NCBI RefSeq assembly: GCF_006345805.1
Contig: NC_043013.1
Location: 48,670,001 to 48,734,000 of the forward strand
Reading direction: 5' to 3'
DNA from: Octopus sinensis
Lineage: Eukaryota
Length of the DNA stretch: 64,000 nucleotides
The position numbers and the translations under genes are program-made. The notes below the pieces were generated by a model, which worked only from the letters and a program-made list of their open reading frames with translations, ran no database searches and was not told where the DNA came from. Shown here piece after piece: positions 63,544-64,000 of this stretch; position 1 is the first letter of the stretch, and each line of letters opens with the position of its first letter.

Positions 63544-64000
63544 CTTGCATTCGATAAAATGAAGCAATCGTCGAACTAACTTTTCCAGTTTTCTTGTATC
63601 TATTTAAAAAAAAAAGAGGTCCCCTACTTTTATAATTTTAGGTGCATCATAATTTTTTTAATCATCCATTGCTAATGTACAGAAGAAGGGGTTGTTTCCA
63701 TCCCTATTACGATTCTGATTTTCCTCGATAAAAGTTGACTTTAACCATAAATTACTTCTCTGCAGAATGAATTTTTGTCCTTGCATGATTGATTTCTTTT
63801 CGAAGTATTGTGGTGGTTCAGCTGCATTGTTATCTAAACCAAAATTTAAGCATATCGAAAGATACAGAGATTTTCATTGATTGTTTCCAGAAGGTGACTA
63901 AGCATAACTAAGTCGTCCATTATACTGCTTCTAATGTGTTTGAGAAACGGTTTGAGTAGGATATCTAACAAATTTACTCAGACGATTTCACAATTTGGAC

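Overview
AT-rich, repeat-saturated animal genomic DNA, intronic or intergenic. The SINE, LINE and microsatellite content looks like an octopus (coleoid cephalopod) genome, which is an inference. No host protein-coding gene can be called with confidence, and almost all listed ORFs are microsatellite artefacts or transposon pieces. The window holds about 30 tRNA-derived SINE copies of three families. It also holds a near full-length R4/Dong-type RLE LINE sitting in (TAA)n plus several relics, RTE-type and L1/Tx1-type LINE fragments, three Penelope-like element (PLE) remnants, an internally deleted Gypsy LTR element with both LTRs and a 5-bp TSD, Tc1/mariner relics, several MITE/foldback elements, a probable nested Helitron and a ~3.4-kb (CCA)n tract. 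The most interesting signals are: (1) three hammerhead-ribozyme motifs read directly from the sequence (12.5 kb, 19.6 kb, 24.1 kb) among PLE remnants, one with an intact core downstream of a PLE ORF and one locked inside a perfect 59-bp-arm palindrome; (2) a SINE whose 3' tail matches an RTE LINE 3' end about 500 bp away, within a SINE family using one head and three different tails; (3) an RTE LINE ending in three C2H2 zinc fingers; (4) repeated (TAA)n-targeted LINE insertion.
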